A stretch of 63,844 nucleotides of DNA, the filler included, from Craspedostauros australis (Eukaryota), in assembly GCA_030167865.1 (NCBI GenBank). It is 12 parts of 12 records of this genome, joined end to end, with 100 filler letters (N's around TTAATTAATTAA, not from the genome) between each part and the next. Parts side by side here need not be neighbours in the genome. Positions count along the whole stretch, not along the records: positions 1 to 10,364 come from JALAGF010001011.1; positions 10,465 to 12,242 come from JALAGF010001012.1; positions 12,343 to 23,206 come from JALAGF010001014.1; 9 more parts are not named here. The stretch is one strand, 5' to 3'. Of the stretch, positions 1-12,454 are shown in pieces. A model generated the notes under the pieces. The model was not told the DNA's origin. It made no database searches and saw only the letters and a program-made list of their open reading frames with translations. The translations under genes and the position numbers were made by a program. How positions within the stretch are numbered: the first letter of the stretch is position 1; each line of letters starts with the position of its first letter.

Positions 1-299
1 TGCCAGGGATGATAATGATGATCATGGGTGCTGAAGGGAGGGCAGCATGGTGCCATCGAGAATTTTTCGCACCCACCACCTGACTGACAGCAAGCCAAAA
101 TGACATTAAAAATAAAGTTCATACAANNNNNNNNNNNNNNNNNNNNNNNNNNNNNNNNNNNNNNNNNNNNNNNNNNNNNNNNNNNNNNNNNNNNNNNNNN
201 NNNTGTTGAGATATAACATCATAAGCAGTTGTTTGGATGGTTTTGGGTGTGCTCTATTTTAGTCTACTTTATCACGACTCATCACGAGTAACACTCCAC

Positions 300-3200
300 A
301 ACTAGTGCTATCGTGACCCATTTTACATTCTCTGCAGGTCGTACATTCGACTATATGCGTTTTCACAGCAGACTGTACCTATGATGCTTCACTTGCACAA
401 AGCGCAATCTTGCGGCCATAGCTGCCATATGCCGCAGGTACGTCTCATCCATCGGCACTATGGATGAAAGATGATGGTATCCTGAAGCACTCAGCACGTG
501 TCGCCTCCATTTATTGCTTCAAGTCGCTGGAGTCCACCCATGAACATTGCTGGCCATGCGCCGAGCGTAGGTACATCGCGAGAAAAGACGAAATGGGAAT
601 GATGCGTTCGTCAGGTGATATTGTTGCAGACAGTTGCAAGATCGCGCTCCAAGAAGATGGAAGGGTGACCACCGTGTCCATTTCCGTGCCCATGCCCCTT
701 TTCATTATAATGGCGTCGTCAAGCTCGGATGGATGATGCCCATCCTGCTCAATCTTAAGTTCCTCAGTGCGTCAAATGAATTCGCTGAGCGCGAGACGAG
801 GGAGAATGGTTGAGAACCCGATCGTACGAAGATTGACAATGGTCTGATCATCATCTTGGATTTGCTTTGCGTGGCCGGATGACAGAGGGGATGATCATCA
901 ATCAAAGCACAAGAGTCTAAAACCGTCCCGACCACGGTAGGACGGATGACCATCGCCGCATGTCGGAGATTCGTTTCGATGTTGACTTCGTATTCTGACA
1001 TTTCGGGAGGTTGACCGTTGGAGTTCTGGTCAACGCGAGGCTGGCGGCTGTGCAACCATTGCGGCAACTGAGTTGTGCGACAACAATGGATTGTGCCGTC
1101 GACACATTTGTATGTTCGTGCCAACTTGCGCTGTCCACAACATGTGCGACACAGACTACTCGATCATCGCACGCAGTGATATGTGCGACACCCCGGAATC
1201 GAGTTGGCAACGGGCAAATCAATGATGTCATTCTCACCCGTCGGACGAAGAAATCTTTTGCGTCGCCATATGATCGAAATGTGAGAAACGAAATTGTATC
1301 GGGGATCCCAGCAACTTGTCACTTCTTTGTTTCTCCACACAAGCATTTTGCTTGACATTCCCGCCCAAATGTGAGCCAACAGAAACAACGCAAGAATAAA
1401 TATTTCATTGAGCTTCGACGGACGAGTTGCACTGTCCAAGCAGACAACCGGCTAAGTTTGAGTTTTGAGGACAGTGTGGCCAAAGGAAAAGTCGTTCATC
1501 AGAGTTGTCTTCAGACGGAAACGAGAAAATGTAGCACAGTGACAGAGGAAAAACATCGACACAGGACAAAAGGTGAAATGTCCAGCAGACACATTCCAAC
1601 AACACATACTCTCTTGGTGCCATTGATCCTTGGATCCGAAAATTTGTACCAAAGCAGGTCCAACATGGGTCTATCTGTGGCACACAAGGACACAACGACA
1701 GTGATTCAAAGAGACGCAGGCGTGGTCATGCCCATCTATTCAAAACGTTAATGACTTGCGTCTATGGGTCAACTTTCCATGACGAACTAATCGACCTATG
1801 ATAAATGCAAGGGCAACAACCACGGGGATAGTCCCAAATGTGTGCAACCAAACAGATTTGTTCCGTGCAATTTCTTGTAGTCCCCATCCAATTTTGCAGT
1901 GTTGCAACGTTTCTGAAAAACCAAAGCGGAAACAGACTGATCTGTGCCAACCATCAGACGGCATTTCTTGGCCGCTTTGCCGAGAAGGCACATCATTTCG
2001 CGCTGTTCGCGTTCTGTTCATACGAACATGGCCTCTCTCCCGTTTCTGAAATGCATGTCATGAGCTGGTGCTATCGATGGTGAATGCAGATTTCTATCCA
2101 ACCACCCTGGAGAACTGATCCGTTGCGCTACCATCTATGGCTAGAATTCTTCGAAGGACTAGAATATGCAAGCCTCATATTTTTATCGATTTGCTCCCTT
2201 CGGGCCACAGTTCTGCACGAAGCAATTGAGAATCGAGAATGGCCTTCCTATGCACACAACGATGGATGACTCGTTGTGAATACTGCGTGCTCTATGTTGT
2301 GCCTCAATCCTCTTGAGGTCGAATGCACCTCCTCCAGATGCTTCTGTCTCATCTCATAGATGTCCATCAATTGAGATGACATGTATGCTGACAGACGTTG
2401 TTGAACGATCGGGATGGAATATTTCCGCAGGACTGAAACCTGTGGTGGCCTCACATATCCGCAGGTTGAAAGCGTAGGGCCGAAAAGCAGAGTTTGTTCC
2501 CAGAGGAATTGAAAACCACCTGTTGTTTGCAAAGCGATTCGAGGACAAACGTTGTTTTCTCAAGATTTCCGTGCGGATTTTGTGGTGTAGTGAGAGACTT
2601 TCTCCATCAGATTGCAACTCTGAAGTGATATGAAAATGTGTTGCGATCGAGAAGAGCGAGAAATGCGAGAGAGAGCAAACAACGACACATAGCCAGATCA
2701 GAAGAGACTTCCATCGATAGTCACGTCAATTGATTTAGAGACGAGAATCAAATGAAGGACAGTGTCGTGCATGAGAGTTCCAAGAAGTGGAATCTCCGAC
2801 TTCGACGAAGGCACCGGGTTTTGTGGATGGAACAACACACCACTCATAGGATTTCGCTGCTGAACAGCGCATTTGTCATCGAGGCGATGAAGCAAAGCGT
2901 GAGAAATAGACTGCGAAGTATTCGTTTCGGCATCACTTGATGGTATCCATGGGGCAGGGTGACATCCCAAGATTCCTTGACTGAATGCGATCTGTAATGA
3001 AGAATTTTCTAACTACATTTGGTCTCTCCTCTACCGGATGCGGGTTCAACCAATGCTGTATCATTTACAATATCTGCACATTCTGAACTTCCTGTTGGTC
3101 AATCGCTGCACTCCTGCAAAGTGACAACACACCGTTCGACGCTCTTCGTGACCGAAGTCGATATTCTCTACCAGACCCATCAATCGGACCAAATGATTCG

Positions 3201-5200
3201 ATACCGTTGCAAGGTTGGGGATTCTCTACGACACATTGTAGGAGTCAGAACGCAGTTTGCGCAACATTAATGGCCTGTCGAGGGGGTCACGAACGTGAGA
3301 ACAGTCTAGTATTGTACGATGCCATCATTCATGAGTCGCCTGCAAAGAGGACACGTTTACGAGAAACGGAAGAGTGATAAATCCACGGAGAATCGTGAAA
3401 TTGATTTCAACGAGACCCAACAGTTCCATGATGTCTTCATGCATGATGATCGTACGCGGAAACGAACACTCCGTGAATAGAAATTTTGCACAACTGACTT
3501 CGTTCATCGCATCACTACTTTATTTGCATCTCCCTCACTTGGGCGGCAAAGCCGAAATTTGAATGCCTTCCGCATTTGTTGATAGATCAAAATGTCCTTC
3601 TGAGAAGATCATCCTAAGTAAACAAAGAAAGTGAGTGGGAAACCAACGTAGGTCGAGAACCCAGCTTTGCAAGACTGGATTGTAGTCCGACGCTTCTAGA
3701 AACTTAGGGATCGAGCAGCCATCTCTTGTCTTCTGAACGGCAGGCGACAGGAGCGCGATTCACTGCGGACCAATTTCCAAGACAGGTTCTCGTCCTTGAC
3801 TTTCGTATTCAATTGGTCTAAAATCCACTGGTAAAAGGTGTGGAAGAAAAACCATGGCAGTACAACAGACATGTGTTCGTCTCTTACATTGCAGTTGGAA
3901 ACCAACAAGCCTTGCTTTGAGATTTTTATGTCGATCGCCAACACATACATCATTTCTGTTTTGCCACAATGAGGAGAATATATCGTGCAGCGCCTTCATG
4001 TGTAACATTCAACAAAATCAGATTCAATCCAGATTTCTGAAGAACTATTCACCATAGCAACGATACAAATCCCAAATTTTATCTTGTCAACTGTCGTGGT
4101 CAAAGGCCTTCGAGAAGACACCAAGCAATGCAACGCCGTCGTGCTTTGCTGTTCTTGTTGAATGAAAGAACCAGCAAGGCTTGGATGGGAGCATGAACGG
4201 AATCACTACTTCTATTGACAGTGCCCATTGAACTAATACCGCAGAAGCATTTTCTGAAGGTGGCATAGTGTGAGTTTATGCATTTTCCACGTGGATCCAA
4301 TAGGAATAGAGATAGCCTGCGACAGGACGATCAACGTGAGGTCTACGAGTTGTCTCCACATTGATTGGAACCTGAAAACTGTGTCGAATACAATTGTCGT
4401 GTTACACCCGTCTGACAAATCTCCATTGGGTAGTTCTGTATTGCTCTTGCTCCATGCTTGAGGATATTCTCGTCGACAGTTTCAAAGGTTCGTAGAAATG
4501 CCAACATGAGCGACGATTTCATGATCATCTGTGTGCAGACCCCCAAAGTGTGCCAATGGAAAGAAACACATATAGCCATTGCGGGATTCCCAAGACTACT
4601 ACTGCTTCGTACAATATCATCTCGAAGATTGGATTTGGAGTGGTTGGTTGCAATTGATTTCGCGACCAATTACGTCCGACCTCTTAGTTCTCTCCTTCGC
4701 TTTGCCGTTTCTCCTGGATGTCAATGCATGCCTTTGTCCTTCCAGTAATATTGTTTTTCGTCTATTTGTTGGTATATACTATTCCAAAATTGCATCGACA
4801 CGCTCCACTTCATGTTTGGAGGGCGTTTTGAAGTTGCCCCTCGATTCATGTTCGAAACTCCTCTCTTTGTCCACAATTCCAAAGACGTGCAATCTCCTGC
4901 GAACGCGCAGGAGCTGATACAAGTTACACAGACAATGTCTCTGCGTTGTGCTGGAAGAGTTGTTCAGCTCGAGCACGGAGCCGTTGAAACCTGTTCGTGC
5001 GACAAGAATTGAGTTCAGTCGAATTCAACCCATCACGAGCATTCAAATGCATCAAGGACTTGCACGTATCATCAGCACTTCCTCATCTTTGATTTTCTTC
5101 CGGCACGGAACTATCAAGGCATGATGACACTGGAGAGCCGATTGCAGCTCCAACAGCACACAAGATTTTCTGAGTTTCGCAGGCATGAACTTTGGGAGGT
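300..5200 (-). mobile_element. Heavily decayed non-LTR retrotransposon (Ambal-like reverse transcriptase relic); boundaries approximate
   Basis: Minus-strand fragments occur in RT order, broken by stops and frameshifts. They are RSLS/FLEASDYN (~3670-3710, cf. R.I.L.EADYN), SQGILGCHPAPW (~2945-2985, cf. G..QG...SP), GTLMHDT (~2762-2782, degenerate xxDD), TTGG (~2515-2526) and DRPMLD..IN...RVC....LLDI (~1580-1675). No long ORF survives. Confidence 0.6.
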
Positions 5201-5233
5201 TAACTGCCACACTTGGTTTATTCGCGATGAACG

Positions 5234-6826
5234 TTAGATGTTTGTTATTCCTGCTTCGGCGAGAGCGTCACGAACCCATCGTGGGACGGATTCTGCAGTC
5301 GTGTATTGCGTAGTAACGAAGGTTCGGACGAAGTCCGGGAAGGATTGATCGATGATCGAATCTCTCATGTCACCAACAAGCTTCATCATGTATGCCACAT
5401 TGTGCTGGGAAATGAGCTGAACTGCGAGGACGTTGTTCGTCTTGAGCAGGGCGTACAGTCGACTTCGCGACACTCCACGCTTGCATGCTGGACACGAGCA
5501 GCCCTCTTCGATGACGCGTGGATCGATGGCGCAAGCTTTGTTCTTCAATTTGAGCGTGCCTGGGGATGGGCCGGTGACAAGGGCGACGCCGAACCTCGCC
5601 GTCCTGGTGGGATACACGCAATCGAACATGTCGACGCCAAGTGCGGTGCAGATGACGAGGTCGAGAGGGTAGCCGACCCCCATCAGGTATCTTGGCTTCG
5701 CATCGGGCAGAGCCTTGCAGCACTGGTTGACGACCTTCCAGAAATCGTCCTTGGTCTCTCCACCCGCCAAGCCACCGATGGCGTAGCCTGGTATTTTGTG
5801 ATCCCGCAGGCGGAATCCAGCCAGGCACTTTTCGCGCATGCCTCCGAGAGAGACATCCAAGGCACCCTGCACAATGGGGAACAGATTTTGCGTCTGCGGG
5901 TGCTCATGAGCATCGAAGCATCGGTCGAGCCATCGCAGGGTGCGGTAGGTGGCGATCAGGAATCGTTCGTCGTCCGTGTTCACGCTGGAGACAACATCAT
6001 CCAGCGCCATCATGACATCGGCACCGATGTCGTTTTGATATCGAATGGAATCCTCGGGCCTCAGGAGCATGGTCTCCCCAGTCGTTGAAAATGGATTTTC
6101 GAAAATCACACCTTCCTCGGTGACTTTGGACAGGGCCGCCAGAGACACCATCTGGAAGCCGCCTGAGTCTGTCAACATGCTGTACGCAAGTCTTTTCTTA
6201 CGTGCCTGCTGTTGTTGCCGCTGTGGCTGCTGTGGTTGCTCGGTAGTATAACTGGTATGCGGAGAGATTGAAACAGCAGCATCGATGCTGTCGCCTTCAT
6301 CAACAACGCCAGGGACGCGATGTTTGGCCCCCATGAAGTTGTGCAACCCTCCTCGGTCCTTGACGATGTCAGTGCCCGGCTGGATGGCCAAGTGGTATGT
6401 GTTTCCAAGAATCATGGGGCACCCCAACGCCTCGATCTCTTCCGGAAGGATACCTTTGAGCGTCCCCTTGGTTCCAACGGGCATGAAACGTGGCGTTGGC
6501 ACGGGAAGACGTTGCAGATCGTTGCCGTCGCGATCTTGTTTAGCGAAGTGGATGGAGCAAGCTCGTGCTCGACCACAAACTGCGTGGATCTGATGGCACA
6601 GCGCGGGTGACGTTTCCTTGTAGACCGGGGGAGTTCCGACCGGCACGATTGGCATCTTGTCCGGATCATGCTTCCCCCAAACCACGCGTTGCGAAAAATC
6701 AACCGCTTCCAATTCCTTCGGCAGCGCCTTCCATTCCGGCTTGATAGGATCTGGATTCGTGAGCATCACCCTTCGTTTCCTTGACTCCTCATCATGGCTC
6801 TGACGTTGTTCTTCAACATTCCCCAT
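5234..6826 (-). CDS. QTRT1: Queuine tRNA-ribosyltransferase catalytic subunit (eukaryotic TGT), single exon
   Basis: 530-aa ORF with TPRFMPVGTKG, LGNTYHL, LTDSGGFQMVSL, GYAIGGLAGGE, KPRYLMGVG, DMFDCVYPTRTARFG and the Zn ligands CSCPAC...HN. Confidence 0.96.
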   Translation of the reverse strand: MGNVEEQRQSHDEESRKRRVMLTNPDPIKPEWKALPKELEAVDFSQRVVWGKHDPDKMPIVPVGTPPVYKETSPALCHQIHAVCGRARACSIHFAKQDRDGNDLQRLPVPTPRFMPVGTKGTLKGILPEEIEALGCPMILGNTYHLAIQPGTDIVKDRGGLHNFMGAKHRVPGVVDEGDSIDAAVSISPHTSYTTEQPQQPQRQQQQARKKRLAYSMLTDSGGFQMVSLAALSKVTEEGVIFENPFSTTGETMLLRPEDSIRYQNDIGADVMMALDDVVSSVNTDDERFLIATYRTLRWLDRCFDAHEHPQTQNLFPIVQGALDVSLGGMREKCLAGFRLRDHKIPGYAIGGLAGGETKDDFWKVVNQCCKALPDAKPRYLMGVGYPLDLVICTALGVDMFDCVYPTRTARFGVALVTGPSPGTLKLKNKACAIDPRVIEEGCSCPACKRGVSRSRLYALLKTNNVLAVQLISQHNVAYMMKLVGDMRDSIIDQSFPDFVRTFVTTQYTTAESVPRWVRDALAEAGITNI

Positions 6827-7629
6827 CGGTGGTTTCTGCTGCTGGTGCTGCTGATGTTGGTGATGATCCGATTGGTGATTTGCTCGTTGATGAGTTCGCT
6901 TGCTGTTTCTGTTGCCGTTTCAAGTACGCGCAGTTGCATAATATCTTTCTCTCCGTCATGTATTTTGCTTGCTGTTTCTGTTGCAGTTTCAAGTACGCGA
7001 TACGACTATGTATTATGTTATGTAATACCAGGATGTGTCTCCCCAACAAATCACAAGCTCAGCTCTGTCTGTGGAAGATTGGGATGGAACTTGATCAGAG
7101 CAGAGCACAATGGAGCAGATGAGAGTGGCTCGTACTCTACTCAAATCACGCTCTTGTTTGTTTGTGTCTTTGGTTGGTTGGTTGGATGTGGCCAGAACAT
7201 GATGTTGGAGGGTGAGGCATTTGTTCTAATTACATAACTTAATTCCAGGTTCCGCGTTTCGGGGTTCTCGTGAATATTTCACCATTTTGACATTACGATT
7301 CCAATTTCATCTTGGTTTCGTTGTTGTTGCGCTCGCGTGTTGTGTTGGTTACGACGATGGCATACGATGACGTCAGCGCGTACACGCACGACGCACCTGA
7401 TTGAATTCAGCTCATTTGTTGATTCCGTTCTCGATAAAACGCTCACAAACCAACCTTGGACTGCAGTGTCGCAGTTCGTCCAACAACATCAACAACGAAA
7501 AGCGAAGAGGAGGCAGAGGAATACTCCAGCAATACTCAGACACTCAACACTACACTCTCAAAACACATACACGATCACGATCACTCTTGGATAGTATCAG
7601 TAATCGTACGATACGAGACGGAGAAAACG

Positions 7630-8601
7630 ATGATGAGACAGAATAGCGTGTTTGGCAGACTGGTCTCCATCGGTGCGCTTCTTGGTGGCACACAACTCCT
7701 TGCACTCGTGGGTCGTGGCGTTGCATTCTCGCCGATCTCGCAGGGTGTTGGCATAGCTGCAACCATGAGGACATCATGGACACAAGGAAAGGCCAACGTT
7801 GTCGATTTCGATTCGTGGTCGATCGCGCTTGCGGCCCCGACGAGGAGAACATCGCAGCTGCTGGCAACGAAAGAAGAGACGGCCAGCGGTCGTTCGTTTG
7901 AGAAGGAAGCCAAGGATGAGGCCAGATCATTCTTCTCTCAATTCCAGTCAACGCCAACCGCCGCTGCAAAGCAGGCCGCGAAGCAGGACATCGTGGAGTC
8001 ATCCACTCCAGGTTCTCCATTCTCCTACGTCGAATTCGCCAAGGCGTATCCGTTTGCCAACAACCTGCTGATTGCCACGACCAAGACGACCGCGGCAGAC
8101 TTGTTGGCGCAGACCGTCATTGCGCAAACGCCCATCGCCGAAGTGGATCTGCAACGGAGCCTTCTCTTCTGCCTCTTCGGCGCCACCTACTTGGGTGCCT
8201 TCCAGTACCTGTACCAGGTCCAGTTCTTCAAGAAAGTCTTTGATGTGGACAAGTTCACACAGCAGTCCTGGAGCAAAAAGCTGAAGGACGTGCCCGGGCT
8301 GAAAGCGCTGGCTGCTCAAACTGGGCTGGATCTGACCGTGCTCACACTGGTCTACCTCCCAACGTTCTACATCTTCAAGGCGAGCGTCTTCAGCGGTTCC
8401 ATCGATCCGTCTGTGTGGTTCCAGACAGGAATTGATAGCTACCAGACCAACTTCTCCAAGGACGAAGCGGATTTGATCAAGGTCTGGCTCCCTGCCGATT
8501 TGATCTGCTTCTCGGTCCCGCTGTACTTGCGGCTGCCGGTCCGACACGTCGTGAGCTTTGTTTGGACGGCATATCTCTCCTTTTCTCGTGGGGGTCATTG
8601 A
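7630..8601 (+). CDS. Mpv17/PMP22 family membrane protein with probable bipartite (plastid) targeting peptide
   Basis: First in-frame ATG is at 7630. A hydrophobic signal-like segment ends GVA-FSP. The C-terminal domain has ADLLAQ, DLQRSLLFCLFG, YLPTFY, VWLPADLICFSVPLYLR and VSFVWTAYLS. Confidence 0.85.
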   Translation: MMRQNSVFGRLVSIGALLGGTQLLALVGRGVAFSPISQGVGIAATMRTSWTQGKANVVDFDSWSIALAAPTRRTSQLLATKEETASGRSFEKEAKDEARSFFSQFQSTPTAAAKQAAKQDIVESSTPGSPFSYVEFAKAYPFANNLLIATTKTTAADLLAQTVIAQTPIAEVDLQRSLLFCLFGATYLGAFQYLYQVQFFKKVFDVDKFTQQSWSKKLKDVPGLKALAAQTGLDLTVLTLVYLPTFYIFKASVFSGSIDPSVWFQTGIDSYQTNFSKDEADLIKVWLPADLICFSVPLYLRLPVRHVVSFVWTAYLSFSRGGH

Positions 8602-10364
8602 ACGCTTTCGCTGGTACTTGCGATCGTTTGCGTTGAGAGGATGATGCGCGTACCTACAGGCATGCTGTGGAGTATCGTATCGGTTCAATACATGACTGTA
8701 CGAGCGTGTGCTCGTGTGCGCATACGACTATGGTACGCATGGTAAACTAAACAGCAAACCTCCTGCTGTACTTGGCACGCTCTGAGTACGTATTAGTGGA
8801 GAGTACGATCGACCCTTGTGGGTATGAGTGTAACTTGAAGGCAAACCTGCGCGAACTGTGCACAACAAAGAAGCTTTGCAAGATTCCGGGGTTTGGATAA
8901 TTATACTTCTTCTATCATGATTACTGTTATGGTACATTATTATGAGCATGCATGGTGCAGGCTCTGTATCGTCGTTAGATGTGTGTCTCTGACATAGTAC
9001 AATACACTGAGTTGTTCACAGCGCATGGTACCAGCACACAGCCGCTGGCAAAGTTATGAGAATACGTACGAGTATGACACAGTAGCATACTCCGTTCGAA
9101 CCTGCTCAACCACCGTTGGCAGCATTCGAGCATTAACGGATTGCTCGATGCGCATGGGGATGGATCACCGTCTTTGGTGGTTTGCGTGAGCGTGAGTGTG
9201 TGCGCTACTGGTTTTCCTCCAAGTCCATCGCCTTTGGCTTGGATGGATGGCCCATACTTGCGCAACATTGTTCTGCCCGGCGTTCATTCTCTTTGTCCGC
9301 TGTCCATGGGTATGGTGCAAGTACATGTGGTATCATACCATGCTCGTATTTGAGCATGCCTTCAGGTACACGGATGCGGAACATTGCCGCAGAGCATTGC
9401 TCGAGCTGCGGCGCCGCTTTTATGATGGTGTACGGTGTGCATCATCGCTTGTCCCGCATCTCCCTTCATTCGAATCCAAACATGGCAGCCATGTCCATTA
9501 TGAGGCAATCGGTTGTGTGATCATCTGCCGTATGCGGGGACGTGGACAGCACCTGCGTCCCATCGTGGGCTAATTGCATTGGCTTGATCATGGCAGGCTG
9601 TGTGGCGGTCTGTGTCTTCTTGTGCGTTGCTCGCAAAATATCGTGTCGATCTCTGAAAAGTCCTGAGGCAAACATGTTGTTATGAAGGTGCTGTTGTTGG
9701 TGTGCTTGTGTGCGTGCTTGTGTGTGTGTGGTAGGTCGGTGGTGGGTGCGTGGAACTGTGGGGCTTTGGGGCTTTGGGGTGTTGGGTGTTCGGAAGGCTA
9801 TCTCTCTTGATGCTTTTGTGATTTGTGATCATCGCAACAGAGAAGTTCATGATCACAAGGTTGATCGCATCACACGACTTCACTCGACAGGGCGCTCGTT
9901 CCCTCTTTGTTGATTTCCCTGCGCCAGTTCGATGGTGGGCATCACCACAATTGTCACTCTTGAAACTGCATCGTGACACCTCCTTGATGTCAAGCAAGAA
10001 GAACACCGAGCAGCAGGGAAGGAAGGGAAACGGAGTCGTGAACGTGCAAAGTGGATGACACTTCGCTTCCTCCCCCTTGGGGGGGGGGGGAAAGACGGTA
10101 ATTTTTCATTTCCCATGATAAGGCAACAACAGTTTCTTCCATAATCTACAGTCCAAAAGTCAAAAACCAAACTGAAAATTTGCCATCTTTCAGCCTTCTT
10201 CCTGTCAGTTGTTTGCACAATCATCCTGATTTATGCAAAACCCAGATTCGTGGCTCCATTTTTGACTTTTACACCCTGTCGCCTGATCGTGTGTGTTGTC
10301 CGGACATTCCTCATTGTCATGGCCAACTTGTGCTTCCTTCTACTCTCCCACTACCCACACAATG

Positions 10365-10464
10365 NNNNNNNNNNNNNNNNNNNNNNNNNNNNNNNNNNNN
10401 NNNNNNNNTTAATTAATTAANNNNNNNNNNNNNNNNNNNNNNNNNNNNNNNNNNNNNNNNNNNN
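10365..10464. other. Artificial contig-joining spacer (44N-TTAATTAATTAA-44N); the same spacer starts at 12243, 23207, 24940, 28412, 31299, 49508, 51328, 54542, 59780 and 62478
   Basis: An identical 100-bp N-padded linker with stops in all six frames occurs 11 times. Confidence 0.98.
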
Positions 10465-10576
10465 GTCTTGAGGGTTGTGTAGGGTCCTCACATATAGGGC
10501 TATCGATGTGTGAAGTTTAAGAGGCAGCAATTTGGAATCATCGGGGAATATCCATCGATCCTGTTGAACCCGGGTC
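10465..10576. repeat. 112-bp dispersed repeat, copy 1 (putative DNA-transposon terminus)
   Basis: GTCTTGAGGGTTG...GTTGAACCCGGGTC is identical to 12343-12454 and 23307-23418. It is followed by ATA and then unique DNA. Confidence 0.9.
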
Positions 10577-10948
10577 ATAACCCAACACTGCGACATGTCG
10601 AGCCGGCCATGCCCAAAAAAGCTTCTGGAAATGGCCGTCTGTTGCTTTTTTCGGGTCGGAGGAAGGTCCCGAAAAAACCTTGTGTCCTGTGAAGTGATTG
10701 CTCCCACGCGTTGTCAATGTGCGACCAGCATTTTTCACGCCTCCGGAGCAAATGCGTGCAACGGATGAGGCGGGTGCAACCAAGGATGCTGATGCGAACG
10801 CGAGGAACAAACTGCGGGGTTCAATAAGTCCCCAACAAGAGCGAAAATTCCACAAGAAGCGTCGGTGCTGTTACGGAGAGGAGGGGAGTTGGAGAACTTG
10901 GTCAGCGCACAGAGTCATTGTATTTCCAACACATCAAAGAAGGGCAAG

Positions 10949-12217
10949 ATGGCGCGATCATCATCACGATCGCCGTCAACGCCGCTGTCGTCGTCGTCGT
11001 TCCTGGCAGGGAAGAACATCGTCATCATCCTGCTTCTATGCATTCTCTTCATCCGAGATGTGAGGGAGGCCGATCGGGCCATCCGTTCTGATTTTGATGA
11101 TGTCCTCCCGACAATGATCGATTCTCGAATGGGTGAATCAGACGAGAGGTCTGTGAGTGAAACAGGCTCAAGCTCATCGACGCTACTGCCAGTAGAAGCG
11201 GTAGCCGGAGGAGGAGGAGATACACCACCACCATCACCACAAGGAATGGCAACGTCCATGCCCAAGCAACTTCGAGACCATCTCAACCGAGAAACACGGC
11301 ACATACCCCTCCAAGAATTGGTGATGACCAGCAACTTCAAGCCAGAAATGTGCCCGAATGGAACGACCTTCATCAACAGCACCTTCATCGATCCAACTTC
11401 TGCAACTGACACACTCAACGCAACGCTCCCCCCACGCAAGATCCCCAGGATCGTCCACATCACCGCAAAGTTCCCATGCATGACACCTGCGTTCGAAAGG
11501 ATCATGCAAAGATGGCACCTTGAAGGCCACTCTTTCGCATTCCACGATGAAGCAGCAGTTGATCGGCTACTGGGAAAGCTCTTTCCAGAATTCCCCAATC
11601 TGCACTTCTTCCGAGAATGCGTTGTGAGCGGTGCTGGCAAGGCTGATCTGTGGAGGTATCTCGTGCTGTACGAATACGGAGGGATATATTCCGACATGGA
11701 CACCGCTCCAGGAAAGAGGTTCTTCCAAGATGGTGCCATCCAACCGGAGGATGATGCCTACGCTGTTGTATCGCGTGACAAGAAGCTCGCTCAGTACTTT
11801 GTTGCAGCATCGCCCAAGCATCCGATCATGTATTACTCCATTCACCAAGTGCTGAAACGGCTGTATGGCGTTGGTAGTGTGTTGAAACAGAACGTGCCTC
11901 ATGTCACTGGTCCCGACGCCATGAGAGCTGGCGTCCGTGACTTCTCGAAAGGCTCGACACCGATGAAACCGGCGGAGGGAACTTACGTTGGACTGGACGG
12001 ACGCACGCTACGCGTGGTGGGGTCGCGCAAAACCACTGAGGCTTTCATGAATCGATATGCTCTCACTTACAACGAGAAGACTGATGGGTATACGAAGCTG
12101 AACACTACGTCGTTCAAGGTGTTTGCGCGGTATTTGCAGGAAGAAGAACGCAGTTGGTTGCAGCAACCTTGTAAGAATCTGCTTTTCAAGGTGGCAGACA
12201 GGCAACGCAGTCCGTAA
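10949..12217 (+). CDS. GT32-like glycosyltransferase (DXD sugar-binding region), type II membrane protein
   Basis: N-terminal TM segment (NIVIILLLCILFI) followed by a stem, then KIPRIVHIT, ADLWRYLVLYEYGGIYSDMD, AASPKHP and TGP. The start was chosen at the in-frame ATG 10949. Confidence 0.88.
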   Translation: MARSSSRSPSTPLSSSSFLAGKNIVIILLLCILFIRDVREADRAIRSDFDDVLPTMIDSRMGESDERSVSETGSSSSTLLPVEAVAGGGGDTPPPSPQGMATSMPKQLRDHLNRETRHIPLQELVMTSNFKPEMCPNGTTFINSTFIDPTSATDTLNATLPPRKIPRIVHITAKFPCMTPAFERIMQRWHLEGHSFAFHDEAAVDRLLGKLFPEFPNLHFFRECVVSGAGKADLWRYLVLYEYGGIYSDMDTAPGKRFFQDGAIQPEDDAYAVVSRDKKLAQYFVAASPKHPIMYYSIHQVLKRLYGVGSVLKQNVPHVTGPDAMRAGVRDFSKGSTPMKPAEGTYVGLDGRTLRVVGSRKTTEAFMNRYALTYNEKTDGYTKLNTTSFKVFARYLQEEERSWLQQPCKNLLFKVADRQRSP

Positions 12218-12342
12218 TGTTGATCGGGGGGCGTCGTGGATANNNNNNNNNNNNNNNNNNNNNNNNNNNNNNNNNNNNNNNNNNNNTTAATTAATTAANN
12301 NNNNNNNNNNNNNNNNNNNNNNNNNNNNNNNNNNNNNNNNNN

Positions 12343-12454
12343 GTCTTGAGGGTTGTGTAGGGTCCTCACATATAGGGCTATCGATGTGTGAAGTTTAAGA
12401 GGCAGCAATTTGGAATCATCGGGGAATATCCATCGATCCTGTTGAACCCGGGTC
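12343..12454. repeat. 112-bp dispersed repeat, copy 2
   Basis: Identical to 10465-10576 and followed by TTA. Confidence 0.9.

Noticed and set aside
10409..10420. Recurring TTAATTAATTAA motif as a biological repeat or piggyBac target
   Set aside because: It is always centred in exactly 44+44 Ns, so it is an artificial contig linker. ORFs that run into it are artefacts.
12218..12242. TGTTG... right after the GT32 stop as an LTR start (also TGTTG at 204)
   Set aside because: Only 25 bp are visible before the contig break, with no PBS, PPT or second LTR to confirm it.
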